Shown here in pieces: positions 12,590 through 24,890 of a DNA stretch of 64,000 bases. The position numbers and the translations under genes were made by a program. How positions within the stretch are numbered: position 1 is the stretch's first letter; every line of letters starts with the position of its first letter. The notes beneath the pieces are model-generated. The model made no database searches. It saw only the letters and a program-made list of their open reading frames with translations, and was not told the DNA's origin. The DNA is from Eledone cirrhosa (Eukaryota), in assembly GCA_964016885.1 (NCBI GenBank), contig OZ024743.1, positions 334,180,001-334,244,000 on the forward strand. Reading direction: 5' to 3'.

Positions 12590-13850
12590 AAACGACTCTT
12601 CCCTGACAGAGCTCAAGTGAGATTCCCCTCGAAGTTTCCATCATTCACAACAAAGGCTTTACTGCTACACATAGCGGAAAGAGGTGAGGAGGTATCATGA
12701 CGAATCCAGAATATGATACCAAACGGCTCTAATAAATCGCCGTTTAGTTTCACAGCCGAACATATGCAACTGTACTTTATAGCGATCCAGCTTCTGAAAC
12801 CTGACCGAAACTGGATACTCTTAGAGCAGTCTCAAGGTAGAGATGGTTTACCATGTTGAAAACTTTGGGTTGATCTAGATTAATCAGCACCTTACTAAGA
12901 CCGAATCGATTCCCGATTCGCTGTTAGATGTATCGCATGAATAGATATGCCAATGACCACACAGATAGCGCACCTCTGGTTTTGGTGAACAGTTTTGCCA
13001 AAACCGTCAGCTTCACGTTTAGCAGAGTTGTGGGCCAGAATCTCTCCCTAACGTCACCTTTTTTTAGTTCCTTTCTCAGCAGGAAGGCCACTCCCTGGAG
13101 AGACCACAGTGTACTGCCAGTTGCAGTAGACGGCTACCAAGAGAGTAACAAACAAGTCGGTCATAAAAAATAGAGCTCTTACGCCAGACTCTCGAATCCA
13201 GGAGATTTCACTTTTATGCAGCAGCATAGCACATCTATTGAGATCGTTTACTTTCTTTTTTGCAGCAGCTTTCTGCTTCCTTAGTCGCGAGTCGTGGCTT
13301 GCAAAAAATTTCAGCAAAGTCCTGCTAGAAAATTATACACATCTGTTTATGGTCAGATAGCATGCGCAATCTGTAGTCCGTCAGATAACAAATTTTGGCT
13401 CGAACATATTTTGAAGTGTGCCATAGCACGAACAACACATCGTATTTTACAACGAAGAAAGGATAGAAGACAATTCTCGCCACTTGTATGTTGGTTGTCA
13501 ATGATAGACTCAGTTGCATTAATTCGATAATTAGATTCCTGCACTCACTGGGAAAGATGCGTGCAGCTTCTTAAGACGTGGTTCCTGTATATTGGTTAGT
13601 TATAAGTTGACTACACAGTTTAAAAAATTGGTATCGATATAGCCAGCCGAAATACAGGACAACTTATACTGATTTAATCTGCTACGCCACGAAAACTCGA
13701 TCTAAATACGACCTGGATGACACGCTGTGATGTGCCAAACTCCATAATGGAATAGTTTGAAGATCTTGACGAAGCCTGTCATAGAGTTGGAAGTGCTTGA
13801 GCAGGTTTAAGAGGCACTCTCCTCGCTTTTTGTCGGTTACTTCCGCAGGT
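12590..13850 (-). mobile_element. Highly degenerate L1/Tx1-like LINE ORF2 fragment (end of APE domain into RT)
   Basis: Minus-strand translations SSRSYLDRVF (APE C-terminus) and LINLDQPKVFNMVNH (matches LDQSKAFDRVVH at ~38260). Confidence 0.65.
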
Positions 13851-14828
13851 TTAAGATGCACTTTTCTCGCCTTACTTCCGCAAAATACCTTAGTAACAAC
13901 AACTACAATAATAACTTTCTTTTATTGGCAACAAGAGCCCACAATAGTGAGAAGTGTACAAGGAAGGAAAATAACAAAATGAGTTTTTACATCAAATTAA
14001 AAAAAACGAAACTAAAAACAACAAACAAAAACAATAGATGATTTCTCCCAATGGGAAGGAGACACCAACTTGTGCAATTCAAAAAGGAACCTCACGTACA
14101 ATTCTGGGTTATTCAGCCACCACAAAGGCCTCAAATGTGCTATCTCTAATTTACAGTTTCATTTATACCCATTTAACCTATTTTTTGTTTTCGCTGTCAT
14201 CATTCACGTTTTCTGAAACGCAGCGTCTTTTCTCCCTTTTCCATTTTCATCTGATTCTCCTACCTAAATCTTCCACTCAATCTTCTTTATTATATCATCA
14301 GTTAAAGGAAAACAGAAGTATTTCATTATGACAGGAGGGTGATGGGTGAACATTTAGAGTAAAACCATCTTATAGCCGGATTCATCCTACATATCATAGC
14401 TACAGTTTGATATGAGGTTGCAATTCGGCAATGAACAGATAGTGAGCGAGTGCGTATAGGACGGTTTTATTGCCCTATATGCAACTCGGAAAGGATCAGT
14501 TGCTGGTGTTTCTCTGTCTGTAGAACTTGATGTGAACTAAAACTAGCCATCTGTTGCACAACCAAGGACTTTTGGGAATTGTCCATTATCTCTGACCAGG
14601 AAAACCTGCAGAAGCATCTGTTGAGATTTTACCGTTGACGATGAGAATTGTTTCAAAACAATTATCACACGTGCTCCCATCACAAACATACACACACACA
14701 CATACACACACAAACATACACACACACACATACACCCCCACACACTCTCTCTATATATATGTATATATATATATATATATACATACATACACACACACAT
14801 ACACACACACACACACACTCTTTCTCTC

Positions 14829-14860
<32 letters not shown>

Positions 14861-14963
14861 CATACATACACACAGACACATACACACAAATACACACACA
14901 CACATATATATATATATACATATACATAAATACACACACAAACACACACACACACACTATATA

Positions 14964-14997
<34 letters not shown>

Positions 14998-15607
14998 TAT
15001 ATATAGGTGTGTGTGTATGAATATACATATACTGAGCAACCAGACTCACCAATGGACGTGTGTCTCTGCTTGAGCCATATCAACAACTTTATAATTTCTT
15101 TTGTATAACCTCAGATTAAATGCAAAACAATGTCTAATGAAGCGATGCCAGCTTAATTCACGATTAGGTAGCAATAATGCGCTGGCATTACGGTAATGAG
15201 CATAATAGGATAAATTGAATTAACCCAATCCAATTTCAGAGTTTATCTACACGCATACATATATGTGGTATATGTTGCAGCATTCAACGCTTATACGTGA
15301 ATTGGATATCTCGTGTTAAAAAACTGATATCCATTTGTTATTGCCGTAATGTGCCCTATATTTATATTAAGAAAGAAATCGAAGTTTATATTTCATTTGT
15401 AATCACACTTGACGCGTGTTACGAAAATAACCAGCTTTGAACTTTGATCGATACAGTTAACTCGGCTCTTGAATCAATTTGCTCAAGAAACGCAATGGAG
15501 ATTAGATTTGGAATATATTCATCTGTCAGGGTGCCTCCCCTCTCTCTCTCTTGCTTCTTTGATTCTCTCTCTCTCTCACACACATTCGGTCTCTTTGTAT
15601 ACACACA

Positions 15608-15767
<160 letters not shown>

Positions 15768-15844
15768 AATAGAGAGAGAGAGATACAGAGAGAGACAGAG
15801 AGCAACCAACTATTTACAGTTATTTTTCTGCGTTTGAGATTCTT

Positions 15845-15970
<126 letters not shown>

Positions 15971-16231
15971 TAGGTACATAGATATGTATGAGAGTGTTGT
16001 AGTTTGCACGAAGCATTGTGGAGTATGAAAAGTTATGTCTAGAGAGTTGCTAGAGCTGTTGGCGTTGTAAATATCAAGCTAACAATTTCGGAAGAAGAAG
16101 AAAAACAAGAATCAGAGATATTGAAAATATTTATTAGTCCTAATATATTTAGACTCTACCATTCCTTATAAAAGGTTCCATTGAGAACCTAACAGAATGT
16201 TGGAGAGAACACTCCTATGCCTCTGTCTGGG

Positions 16232-16373
<142 letters not shown>

Positions 16374-16374
16374 T

Positions 16375-16858
16375 GTTATACTTGGGGAGGGTCATATTTG
16401 TGTAATAATATTGTCAGAAATAATAACAGAACACACTCAGTTTGGTTGGTTTTCGCTTCTGTGTCTTTTATATCGGTTAATTTAATTTATTCGGTCCTCA
16501 ATGTTACCATTGACTGACCAACGGTCAAAAATACAGATACAATGTAAACACAAACACATATATATAGTCTATCAAAGTTCTTTCGTTGCACATCTGTAAC
16601 ATCGTCAGTGGTACTATTATATTTCCTCCCGTTGCATTGTATGCCTACGCCATCTTTATTTAGTCTGTTTATTTATTTATTTATTTGTTTATTTATTTAT
16701 TTATTTATTTTTGTCTTCTCTGCGCATGCATTTGCGTGTGTGTATAGTGTTTTGTTTGATGTGTGTTCTTGTTTGGGTGACTGTATTGGTTAATGTATTC
16801 TATCTTAGTTTACTAGGGTGTGTTTATATGTTTGTTGTTATTGTGCTTGTGTATGTAT

Positions 16859-16889
<31 letters not shown>

Positions 16890-17098
16890 TACTTCTCTTA
16901 AGTCAGTGCTGTTTGTTTGGGTGTTGTTGTTATTCCATTCATTTTTACTGTTTAGCCTTGGCCTTCTAAGTTCTATTTCGCTGGCCTCTCTGATTTGCCT
17001 ATCTGCTGGGTAATTTCTATGTTTAGATAATATTCTAATTTCTATGTTGTCTATGTTACCGTTGTGTTGTTGTCTGGCATGTTCGTATAGTGTGTTCT
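16375..17098 (-). mobile_element. 5'-truncated Penelope-like element related to 43-2166, followed by an inverted copy of its own 3' terminus (~17098-17210)
   Basis: Minus strand encodes NTLYEHARQQHNGNIDNIEIRILSKHRNYPADRQIREASEIELRRPRLNSKNEWNN, homologous to the GIY-YIG C-terminus of ORF 1354-2166; HHR in the 3' region; ends at (TA)n; related terminus at 57697-58025. Confidence 0.85.
16571..16612 (-). ncRNA. Type I hammerhead ribozyme (family A-related)
   Basis: acca CTGACGA t gttacagatgtgcaac GAAAG aa CTT tgat; stems I and II imperfect. Confidence 0.6.
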
Positions 17099-17210
17099 GT
17101 TATTAATTCTGGCAATATTATTACACAAATATGACCCTCCCCAAGTATAACAATATTTGTTTCGACACACGATTTCATATCAAAAACCTCGCAAAACTAA
17201 TTCATCGCCG

Positions 17211-17254
<44 letters not shown>

Positions 17255-17270
17255 CGTTTCTGAATCCCCA

Positions 17271-17313
17271 ATCACTGAAGAGGTCACAGAATGTGTGACG
17301 AAAGAACTTTGAC
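17271..17313 (+). ncRNA. Type I hammerhead ribozyme (family A) in a solo pLTR fragment 17263-17465
   Basis: tca CTGAAGA g gtcaca-gaatg-tgtgac GAAAG aa CTT tga; flanked both sides by (TA)n. Confidence 0.8.
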
Positions 17314-17459
17314 AATATATAAACAACCATCTGGTTGTGGAACCAACCAACCAACCGGAAATTTATAAATTCCTAAATTTATAAATTTATTATAATAAAT
17401 TGAAGTGAAAGCAACTGGTGCGCGTGTTTCTTATTGGCAACATGACCCTCCCAAAGTAT

Positions 17460-17555
<96 letters not shown>

Positions 17556-17560
17556 ATATA

Positions 17561-17659
<99 letters not shown>

Positions 17660-17809
17660 ACATACATACATATATATATATAGAAACAAAGTTTCATACA
17701 CTTAATATATATGTGTGATCGTTGGTTTCGGTGTCCAGTTATGCCCACCACTGTATATTGTAGGAGGTGGACATGCGGACAAGCGGACATACATACATAT
17801 ATATATATA

Positions 17810-18704
17810 CGAAGGGAGTCAGAAAAGTTCCAGGACTGATGTCACAAAAGATTTATTTCAAACCCAAACTTCACAATAAGAGTCTTCTCCTTCAAAGTAA
17901 TTCCCCTGGAGTCTAATGCACTTTTCCATCCTTTTCTACCACGCTTGCATGCACTCCTGGAAGGATTCTTCCGGGATCCTCCGCAGTTCCGTCGTCACGG
18001 CATTTTTGATGTCGTCCACGACTTCAAAACGGGTCCCCTCCGGGTCATACTTGAAGATCCATGACTCATCACCGGTGATGACTGTCCCTAGCAAGTCTGG
18101 TTCGGTTTCAAGACGCTCGAGGATGTCCTGGCACATCTGCATGCGTCGACCCCTCTGGTCATCGTTCAGCAGTTTTGGCACCATCTTCGCGCAGACTTTC
18201 CGCATGTCCAAATCTTCAGTGAGAATCTTCCAGATGCTGTCCTGATTCATGCCCAACTCATTTGCCATCAGTCGAACAGTCAGCCGGCGATCGCTACGCA
18301 CCATCTGCCTGACGCACTCAACGTTGACCTCAGTCCTGGTTGTTGAGGGCCTTCCGCACCTGGGGTCATCTTCAACGTCCTCGCGCCCTTCTTTAAACCT
18401 CCTGCACCACTCAAAAACACGTGAGCGTGACATCGTCTCATCTCCATAAACTTTCTGCAGCAATCCTAGTGCTTCTGACGGAGTTTTCAAGTTTGTTCCT
18501 TGCTCTGTGCTCATTGCTTGAGGACCTGAAACAGAGGACATGTATATAAAATTATGAAGAAAAAAGTTTTATTTCTGCAGAGAGCTAAGGTTACAGTTAC
18601 ATACTCCAGGGGGATTACTTTGAAGGAGAAAACTCTTAGTGTGAAGTTTGGGTTTGAAATAAATCTTTTGTGGCATAAGTCCTGGAACTTTTCTGACAAA
18701 CCTC

Positions 18705-18705
<1 letters not shown>
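17810..18705 (-). mobile_element. Mariner (Tc1/mariner) DNA transposon, internally deleted, ~103-bp TIRs, TA target
   Basis: TIRs 17810-17912 and 18603-18705 are reverse complements; TA on both sides; transposase ORF inside. Confidence 0.95.
17936..18541 (-). pseudogene. Mariner transposase with an in-frame deletion of most of the catalytic domain
   Basis: HTH region VYGDETMSRSRVFEWCRRFKEGREDVEDDPRCGRPST, MVPKLL (WVPHEL-like), ITGDESWIFKYDPE then a direct jump to GTRFEVVDDIKNAV; no HDNA or YSPDL motif. Confidence 0.9.
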
Positions 18706-18762
<57 letters not shown>

Positions 18763-18844
18763 GTAGAACACTGGAAGGTAATATTGGTAGCGGTCGAGCA
18801 CTCAGTCCATAGGACGTGTTTGGTAGAAGTGGTAACACAACAGT

Positions 18845-18885
18845 CTGAGCTGAAGATCCGCATAAGGTGAAACAATTGTTCTCGG
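18845..18885 (+). ncRNA. Type I hammerhead ribozyme (family E)
   Basis: ctgag CTGAAGA tcc-gcataa-ggt GAAAC AATT GTT ctcgg; palindromic stem III; partial copy at ~57557-57580. Confidence 0.8.
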
Positions 18886-18903
18886 TATGGTGAACTGTTG
18901 TGT

Positions 18904-18956
<53 letters not shown>

Positions 18957-19095
18957 TAGTAACACAACAGTTCACCATACCGAGAACAACGGACCATCAA
19001 CCAATGACCTCCACCCATCCCAATCACCACCCTCTCCTACCACCAGAAAATATAAATACCACTGGACAGTGGTATTTATATTACTTGGACAGTAA

Positions 19096-19146
19096 ACTTC
19101 CTGATGATTTCTCACAAATGAAACAGTCCTAGTCCTGTAGTAGCTT
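19096..19146 (+). ncRNA. Type I hammerhead ribozyme (family F); other copies 43822-43870 (-), 44020-44083 (split), ~55190-55230 (-)
   Basis: Consensus of copies: gcttc CTGATGA tttc-tcca-gaat GAAACAG ttctagtc CTGTA gaagc. Confidence 0.75.
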
Positions 19147-19479
19147 TTCTATATTAAACACACACACACACATATATATATACAGTATATATATACATAT
19201 ATATATAGTGGTGGTAAGAAATTCGCAGAAGAGTTGGACAGCAGAAGGTCTTCAAAGAAGAGACCCCCACTCAAGCAAGTGTTTTAACGCTTAACTTCTT
19301 ACACTCTTAGGGGGCAGAGCCGCATCCATGTCATAAATCCTGGGTGTCCTGCTGCTGACATTTAGCCATGCGGATATTGGAGACTTGTGTATGAAGATTT
19401 GTTGATAGGATTTAGCTGGAACTCCTCTCCCTCACCTTAGCTTTCAAACTTATCTTTAAACGCCTTCTTGAATTTGGAA

Positions 19480-19880
19480 AATAATTGTTTCTACTTTTGG
19501 CACAAGGCCAGCAATTATCCCAGTGTATTACTTTATTTTATCGACCCCCATAAGGATGAAAGGTAAAGTTCACTTCGACGGGATTTGAACTCAGAACGTA
19601 AAGAGCCATAACTCTATGCTGCAAAGCATGGTGTCTGATGCTCTACCGATATTGACAATCCACCTTGCAAAATAATGTGTTTGTAAAATAATTGTTTCTA
19701 CTTTAGGCACAAGGCCAGCAATTACCCAGTGCATTACTGGTACTTTATTTTATCGACCCCGTAAGGATGAAAGGCAAAGTCAACCTTGGCGGGATTTGAA
19801 CTCAGATCGTAAAGGGACGTAACTATGCTGGAAAGCATGGCGTCCGACCTTCTACCGATTCTGCCAATCCACCGCCCTTG
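19480..19880 (-). mobile_element. Two tandem Nin-domain tRNA-derived SINEs
   Basis: Reverse complement of the 20135-20325 copy. Confidence 0.85.
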
Positions 19881-20134
19881 TGTTTGTAAAATAATGTTGG
19901 TAGTCATGGTAGCGTCGACACTTCAATAGCGTTACCGACGACGACAACACTACAACCACTCGGAGTTACTTCTCTTAGCGTGCACTAAAATATAAACACG
20001 ATTTTTGCAAAATCTTTGATGTGAAATCACGTTGAAACCCATATTATATATGGGGATGGTCATATTGCCAGTATTGCCTTAAAAAAAGAAAGTATTTTAG
20101 GATTTTTAATTTATCTTTATTATTAGTTAGTTAA

Positions 20135-20325
20135 GGGCGGTGGATTGGCAGTATCGGTAGAGGGTCGGACGCCATGCTTTCCAGCATAGTTACGTCCCTT
20201 TACGATCTGAGTTCAAATCCCGCCGAGGTTGACTTTGCCTTTCATCCTTACGGGGTCGATAAAATAAAGTACCAGTAATGCACTGGGTAATTGCTGGCCT
20301 TGTGCCTAAAGTAGAAACAATTATT
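20135..20325 (+). mobile_element. tRNA-derived SINE with Nin-like central domain (about 20 copies in window, e.g. 6930, 8620, 46480, 56345, 58830, 62440, 63640)
   Basis: A box TGGCAGTATCGG, B box GAGTTCAAATCC, core GACTTTGCCTTTCATCCTTACGGGGTCGATAAAATAAAGTACCAG, ATT-rich tail. Confidence 0.88.
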
Positions 20326-20874
20326 AGTTAGTTAATGGTTAGTTCGTCAAAGTTCTTTCGTCACACATTCTGTGACATCCTTTTGTTCTCTTCTGTACCA
20401 CCTCTTCTTTCTGGTCTTAATCTGTAACACCATCTTGTCTTTCTTGGTGGTTTGTCTTTCATGTTTTGTGTTTGCGCATGCGTTTGCATCTGTACCTTCG
20501 CCAGTGTGTGTGCGTCTTTGTGTTTGTCGTGTCCATGTGTGATTTATGTGTGCGTGTGAGTTTGCAGTTTTCCTTATTTGTATCTTTTTTATATCCTATT
20601 CTGTCTGCAGTCGTTAGGTTGCAGGCTGTTACTATTTCATTCGTGTCTTCCGTTTAGGCCCTGTCCATCTTCTATTATGTGTGTGGCCTCCATGTTCTAT
20701 GTGTGTATGGATATCCACTTAGGCCAATACACTTACGCAACTGGTCATCTGAGATGGTCAGATTTTGTGCTGGCGTACACTCACACCTCTACACTCTCAC
20801 CAGCGAATCCAGTTTTGTCACGGTCTGACGCACATACCCACACCGTTTGTACAGACAAACACATTACTGGCACT

Positions 20875-21180
20875 CCGTCGGTTACGAGGACGAGTGTTCT
20901 AGTTGATACGATCAATGGAATAGCCTGTTCATGAAATTAATTTGCAAATGGCTGAGTATTCCGCAGACACGCGTACCTTTGACGTAGTTCTCAGGGAGTT
21001 TCAGCGTGACACAGAATGTGATAAAGCTTGTCCTTCAAATTACAGGTACATCTCATTTTTGCCAGCTGAATGGACTGGAGCAACGTGAAATAAAGTGTCT
21101 TGCTCAAGGATACAAGGTGCCACCGTGAATCGAACTCACGACTTGACGATTGTGAGCCGAATACCCAAACCACAAAGCCT
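20875..21180 (-). mobile_element. Longer CORE-like SINE including its 3' region (3' region also at ~7780-7930, 26320-26495, 56585-56635, 61380-61540)
   Basis: Shared segment gatcaacggaacagcctg..gaaattaa..tggctgag..cagggagattcagcgtgacacag attached to the tRNA-like head. Confidence 0.75.
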
Positions 21181-21779
21181 TTGGGACAGACCAACACGTA
21201 CACACACTTGTCTACTTAGAATACTCAAAATTCATGTCTCTTTCTGAACACTTGCTCTCTCTCCAAATACTGTTTTCCAGTTCTTCCTCTATTACACTCG
21301 TCTGTCTTTCAATTTCTTCTTTTATTTTTCATTCCATCTTCTGACTATTTTCCTACTATATCAAGCGTTAAACTAATATGTATCTTCATTGTGGCACACA
21401 GAAGTAACCGGAATGGTTTCGCACGATTTAATCAATTAAATCGTGCGAAACCATTTGGCTGGTTTGAGAGCTGATGAGGGTGAATATGTGTGTGTGAAGA
21501 TGTGTCATCTACATCGAATGTCACGTACATCACCTTTCTTTATTTCCTCTTTCGGTCACTTCTCTGCCCCAACACACTTCTCCTTGTATTCCTTCCCTTT
21601 CTATATTTTATATATTTCATCTGCCTGTCACCCACCTTGTGACTAGTCTCTCTGCCGCCCACTGACCACTGGTCTCTGTCTTCTGAGGCATTTCTGCCCA
21701 TCGCTGTCATTGACAACATTTATCTTTTTTAACGGCTGCTCTAGCGGTGAGTTTTCTCATTTTTATGTATGTATGTATG

Positions 21780-21848
<69 letters not shown>

Positions 21849-22040
21849 GTTTGTGGTGTGTGTATGTTTGTGCGTGTGTGTGCGTATGAGAAACATAAGC
21901 GGAAAACATCAAAGTATATACTACAAGGAAAGTCAATAGGATAAAAGGTTTCGTGTTACACTTGGATTTTCAAGAACGCATTGCTTTCGTAATGCGTAGG
22001 ATTTCAATACACGCACACACACACATGAATATATATATAT

Positions 22041-22131
<91 letters not shown>

Positions 22132-22152
22132 TGTATATATTATATATGTCTG

Positions 22153-22186
<34 letters not shown>

Positions 22187-22266
22187 TACATATATATGTG
22201 TGTGTGTGTTGTGTGTGTGAGCATATATATATACATGCATACCACCCCATATATATATTATATATA

Positions 22267-22300
<34 letters not shown>

Positions 22301-22822
22301 CTCCACATACACGTGTGTATGCATGTGTGCGTGTATATATATATACATACATACACATAGATAATAATGATATTACACTACATCTATTATGTAGGCTTCC
22401 TTCTCGTTTCATGTTTGAACAGGTCATCTGCATCTGTTCTCTATCGTTAATTCCTCAGACATCCATGTTTACAAATGATTTTTCTCTCTTTCCACTCGAG
22501 CCAATAACTGCAGCCTTTTGTCTACCATTTATACATTTATAGGAAAAACAACCATCGTTTTGTTGTGCTGTTTAACACTTCGACAGTATATGTCATCACA
22601 TCAGAATGGGCAATTCATTTTCTATATTTTATACTCTCTCTCTCTCTCTCGATTATTCGTTGATTTTTGCTTAAATAATTCTTTTATGCTGATTTGTCGG
22701 TGTCGCTGTCATTATGTTATTACTGTTGCTGTCACTGTAATTGTTCTATTTGTTGTTATTGCTGTTGTTGATGCTGTTGTTCCTGTTGTTTTTGCTGGAG
22801 CTGTTGCTGTTGCTGCAGCTGT

Positions 22823-22853
<31 letters not shown>

Positions 22854-23039
22854 GCTGTTGTTACTTTTGTTGCTGCTATTGTTGTTGTTACTGCTAATGT
22901 CGCTGCTAGTGTTGTTGGTGTTGTCGCTGGTTCTGCTGTTGCTGTTGTTGTTCATGTTGATGTTGTGGTTGCTGCTGCTCCAATTTTATCACATACCCGT
23001 CCATTTACGTCAATCTAGTACAAGCCGGTATTACAATTA

Positions 23040-24055
23040 TGTAAAAGTCTATAAGCCTCATAGCGACCCAATCTCCATTTTCAAGAATGTTTGGAGGATT
23101 CAATACGATGAAGATAGATTGTATACAGCAAGAAACAATGGAAACTTATTGCATGTGAGGATTGCATATGAAGCGGAAATGGACTTGCATGGAATATTAA
23201 TAATAGAAATGGGACGTTGTTGACAGGTGTGAAACAAGCTGGTATAAGAGACTCAGAAAACTATCAGAACAAAGAGGAATTCAAACAGAACATGAAAGAT
23301 GACAGGATAAGAAAGAGGAAAGAAAGAAGGATATATTACCAATTTATTAGAGATATAGAAAATATCAACATAATGATATGATGGATAAAGAAAAAAGTTG
23401 GGTTTGAATGAAGAAATCGACTTGAAGTTTGGAAAAGAAGCTTCGATCTGTGCGGCCCAGGAGCAGGTATTACGAACTATGTAAAGTTCAACATTGGCGA
23501 TACAGGAGAGTTTTCATGGTGTAGATTGTGTAGAATAACAAGAGAAATAGTGACTTACATAGTTAGTACATGTAGTCTATTGGCACAGGAGTACATGTGG
23601 AGAGACGATAATGTCGCATGGATTGTACATTAGAAACTGTGTAGAAAGTTTGGACTGGAGAGATCCCCCAAAATGGTATGAGCACAAGCCTGAGGTTTTG
23701 CTGGGACTTGAACATAAATTGTGATGAGACTATCACAGCGAGAATATCTGATACTAGTAGACAAGGATAAAGCGAGTTTGGTAATTAAACAAGATGGAAG
23801 CCATTCCAGTAGTTGTTGGAGCTCTTTGTGTCGTGACAAAGTAGGATATAAAATTAAATTTCAAGGATTGGCATTGAAGTGTGTACTGAGTTGCTGTAAA
23901 AGACTGCACTCCCGGGAACAGCCAGAATATTGAGAATGGAACTACAAATGTAGGGGCTGATGAGGAACTGAAGGATCCTTCGTTATTTGTTATGACCTCT
24001 TCCTGAAGGGTCATTTTGATGACAGGAGATCAGCCTGAGTATGATGAAATAATAA
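23040..24055 (+). mobile_element. Degenerate R4/Dong-like non-LTR element 3' part (Zn knuckle + REL endonuclease) with (TAA)-type tail
   Basis: DRLYTARNNG, ICAAQEQVLRT, CRLC..E....IVSTCSLLAQE, VAWIVH*KLCRKFGL..KWYEHKP, ALPGTARIL. Confidence 0.8.
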
Positions 24056-24890
24056 TTGTTTCTACTTTTGGCACAAGGCCAGCAAACACCCAGTGCATTA
24101 CTGGTATATTATTTTATCGACCCCGTAAGGATGAAAGGCAAAGTTAACCTCGGTGGGATTTGAACTCAGAATAGCAAGGGCCGAAATTCTATGCGTCAAA
24201 GCATGGCGTCCGACCCTCTACCCCTTAATGATGAAATAATAATCGTTTCTGATTTAGGCACAAGGCCAACAATGTTTTTTGGTGATAAGTGGATTAAATC
24301 CCCAGCGCGTTACTGGTACTTTATTTTATATTTTACCGACGCCGTAAAGATGAAAGGCAAAGCTGACTTCGGCGAGATTTGAAATCAGAATGTCATTGGC
24401 CGTAATTGAATGCGGTAATGTATGTTGTGCGACGCTCTACCGATACAGCCAATCCACCGCCCTTAAGAATAATTTCTGACTAAAACGCAAGGCCATCAAT
24501 TTTTGGGGAGTGGATAGTTGATTATATTGAGCCCAGTGCATTACTGGTACTTTATTTTATCGACCCCGTAAGGATGAATGGCAAAACTAACCTCGGTGGG
24601 ATGTGAAATCAGGTCGTTACTAAATGTTTAAATGTAATGTATTTCATTCGGCGCACTATCGATTCTGCCAATTCATCAGATCCTACTTAGCAAGAGTGAA
24701 CAACACTGGCATATTTAACATAAAAGAATGCTGTTGTGAGTAGGAGGTGAATTGACAAAGTCGTTAGAGTATGGGATAGAGCGCTTTGCATTATTCAATT
24801 CAGCTCTCTGCTCTCTGAGTTCAAATTCTGCTGAGGTCAACTTTGCTTTTCATCTATTCCAGGTCGATAAAATACTCAGGCACTGGGGTC
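24050..24890. mobile_element. Cluster of four Nin-domain SINE copies
   Basis: Repeated ttactggtactttattttatcgaccccgtaaggatgaaaggcaaag motif, three minus and one plus. Confidence 0.8.

Noticed and set aside
20135-20230. tRNA gene
   Set aside because: A and B boxes belong to a SINE head; no cloverleaf, and it continues into the Nin core in many copies
21440-21500. Hammerhead from GAAACCA..TGGTT and CTGATGAG next to the 21411-21455 hairpin
   Set aside because: No stem I or stem II can be formed in this order
22518-23018. Val/Ala-rich hydrophobic ORF (also 6188-6505)
   Set aside because: Degenerate (GTT/GCT)n and (GAC/AAC)n trinucleotide tracts
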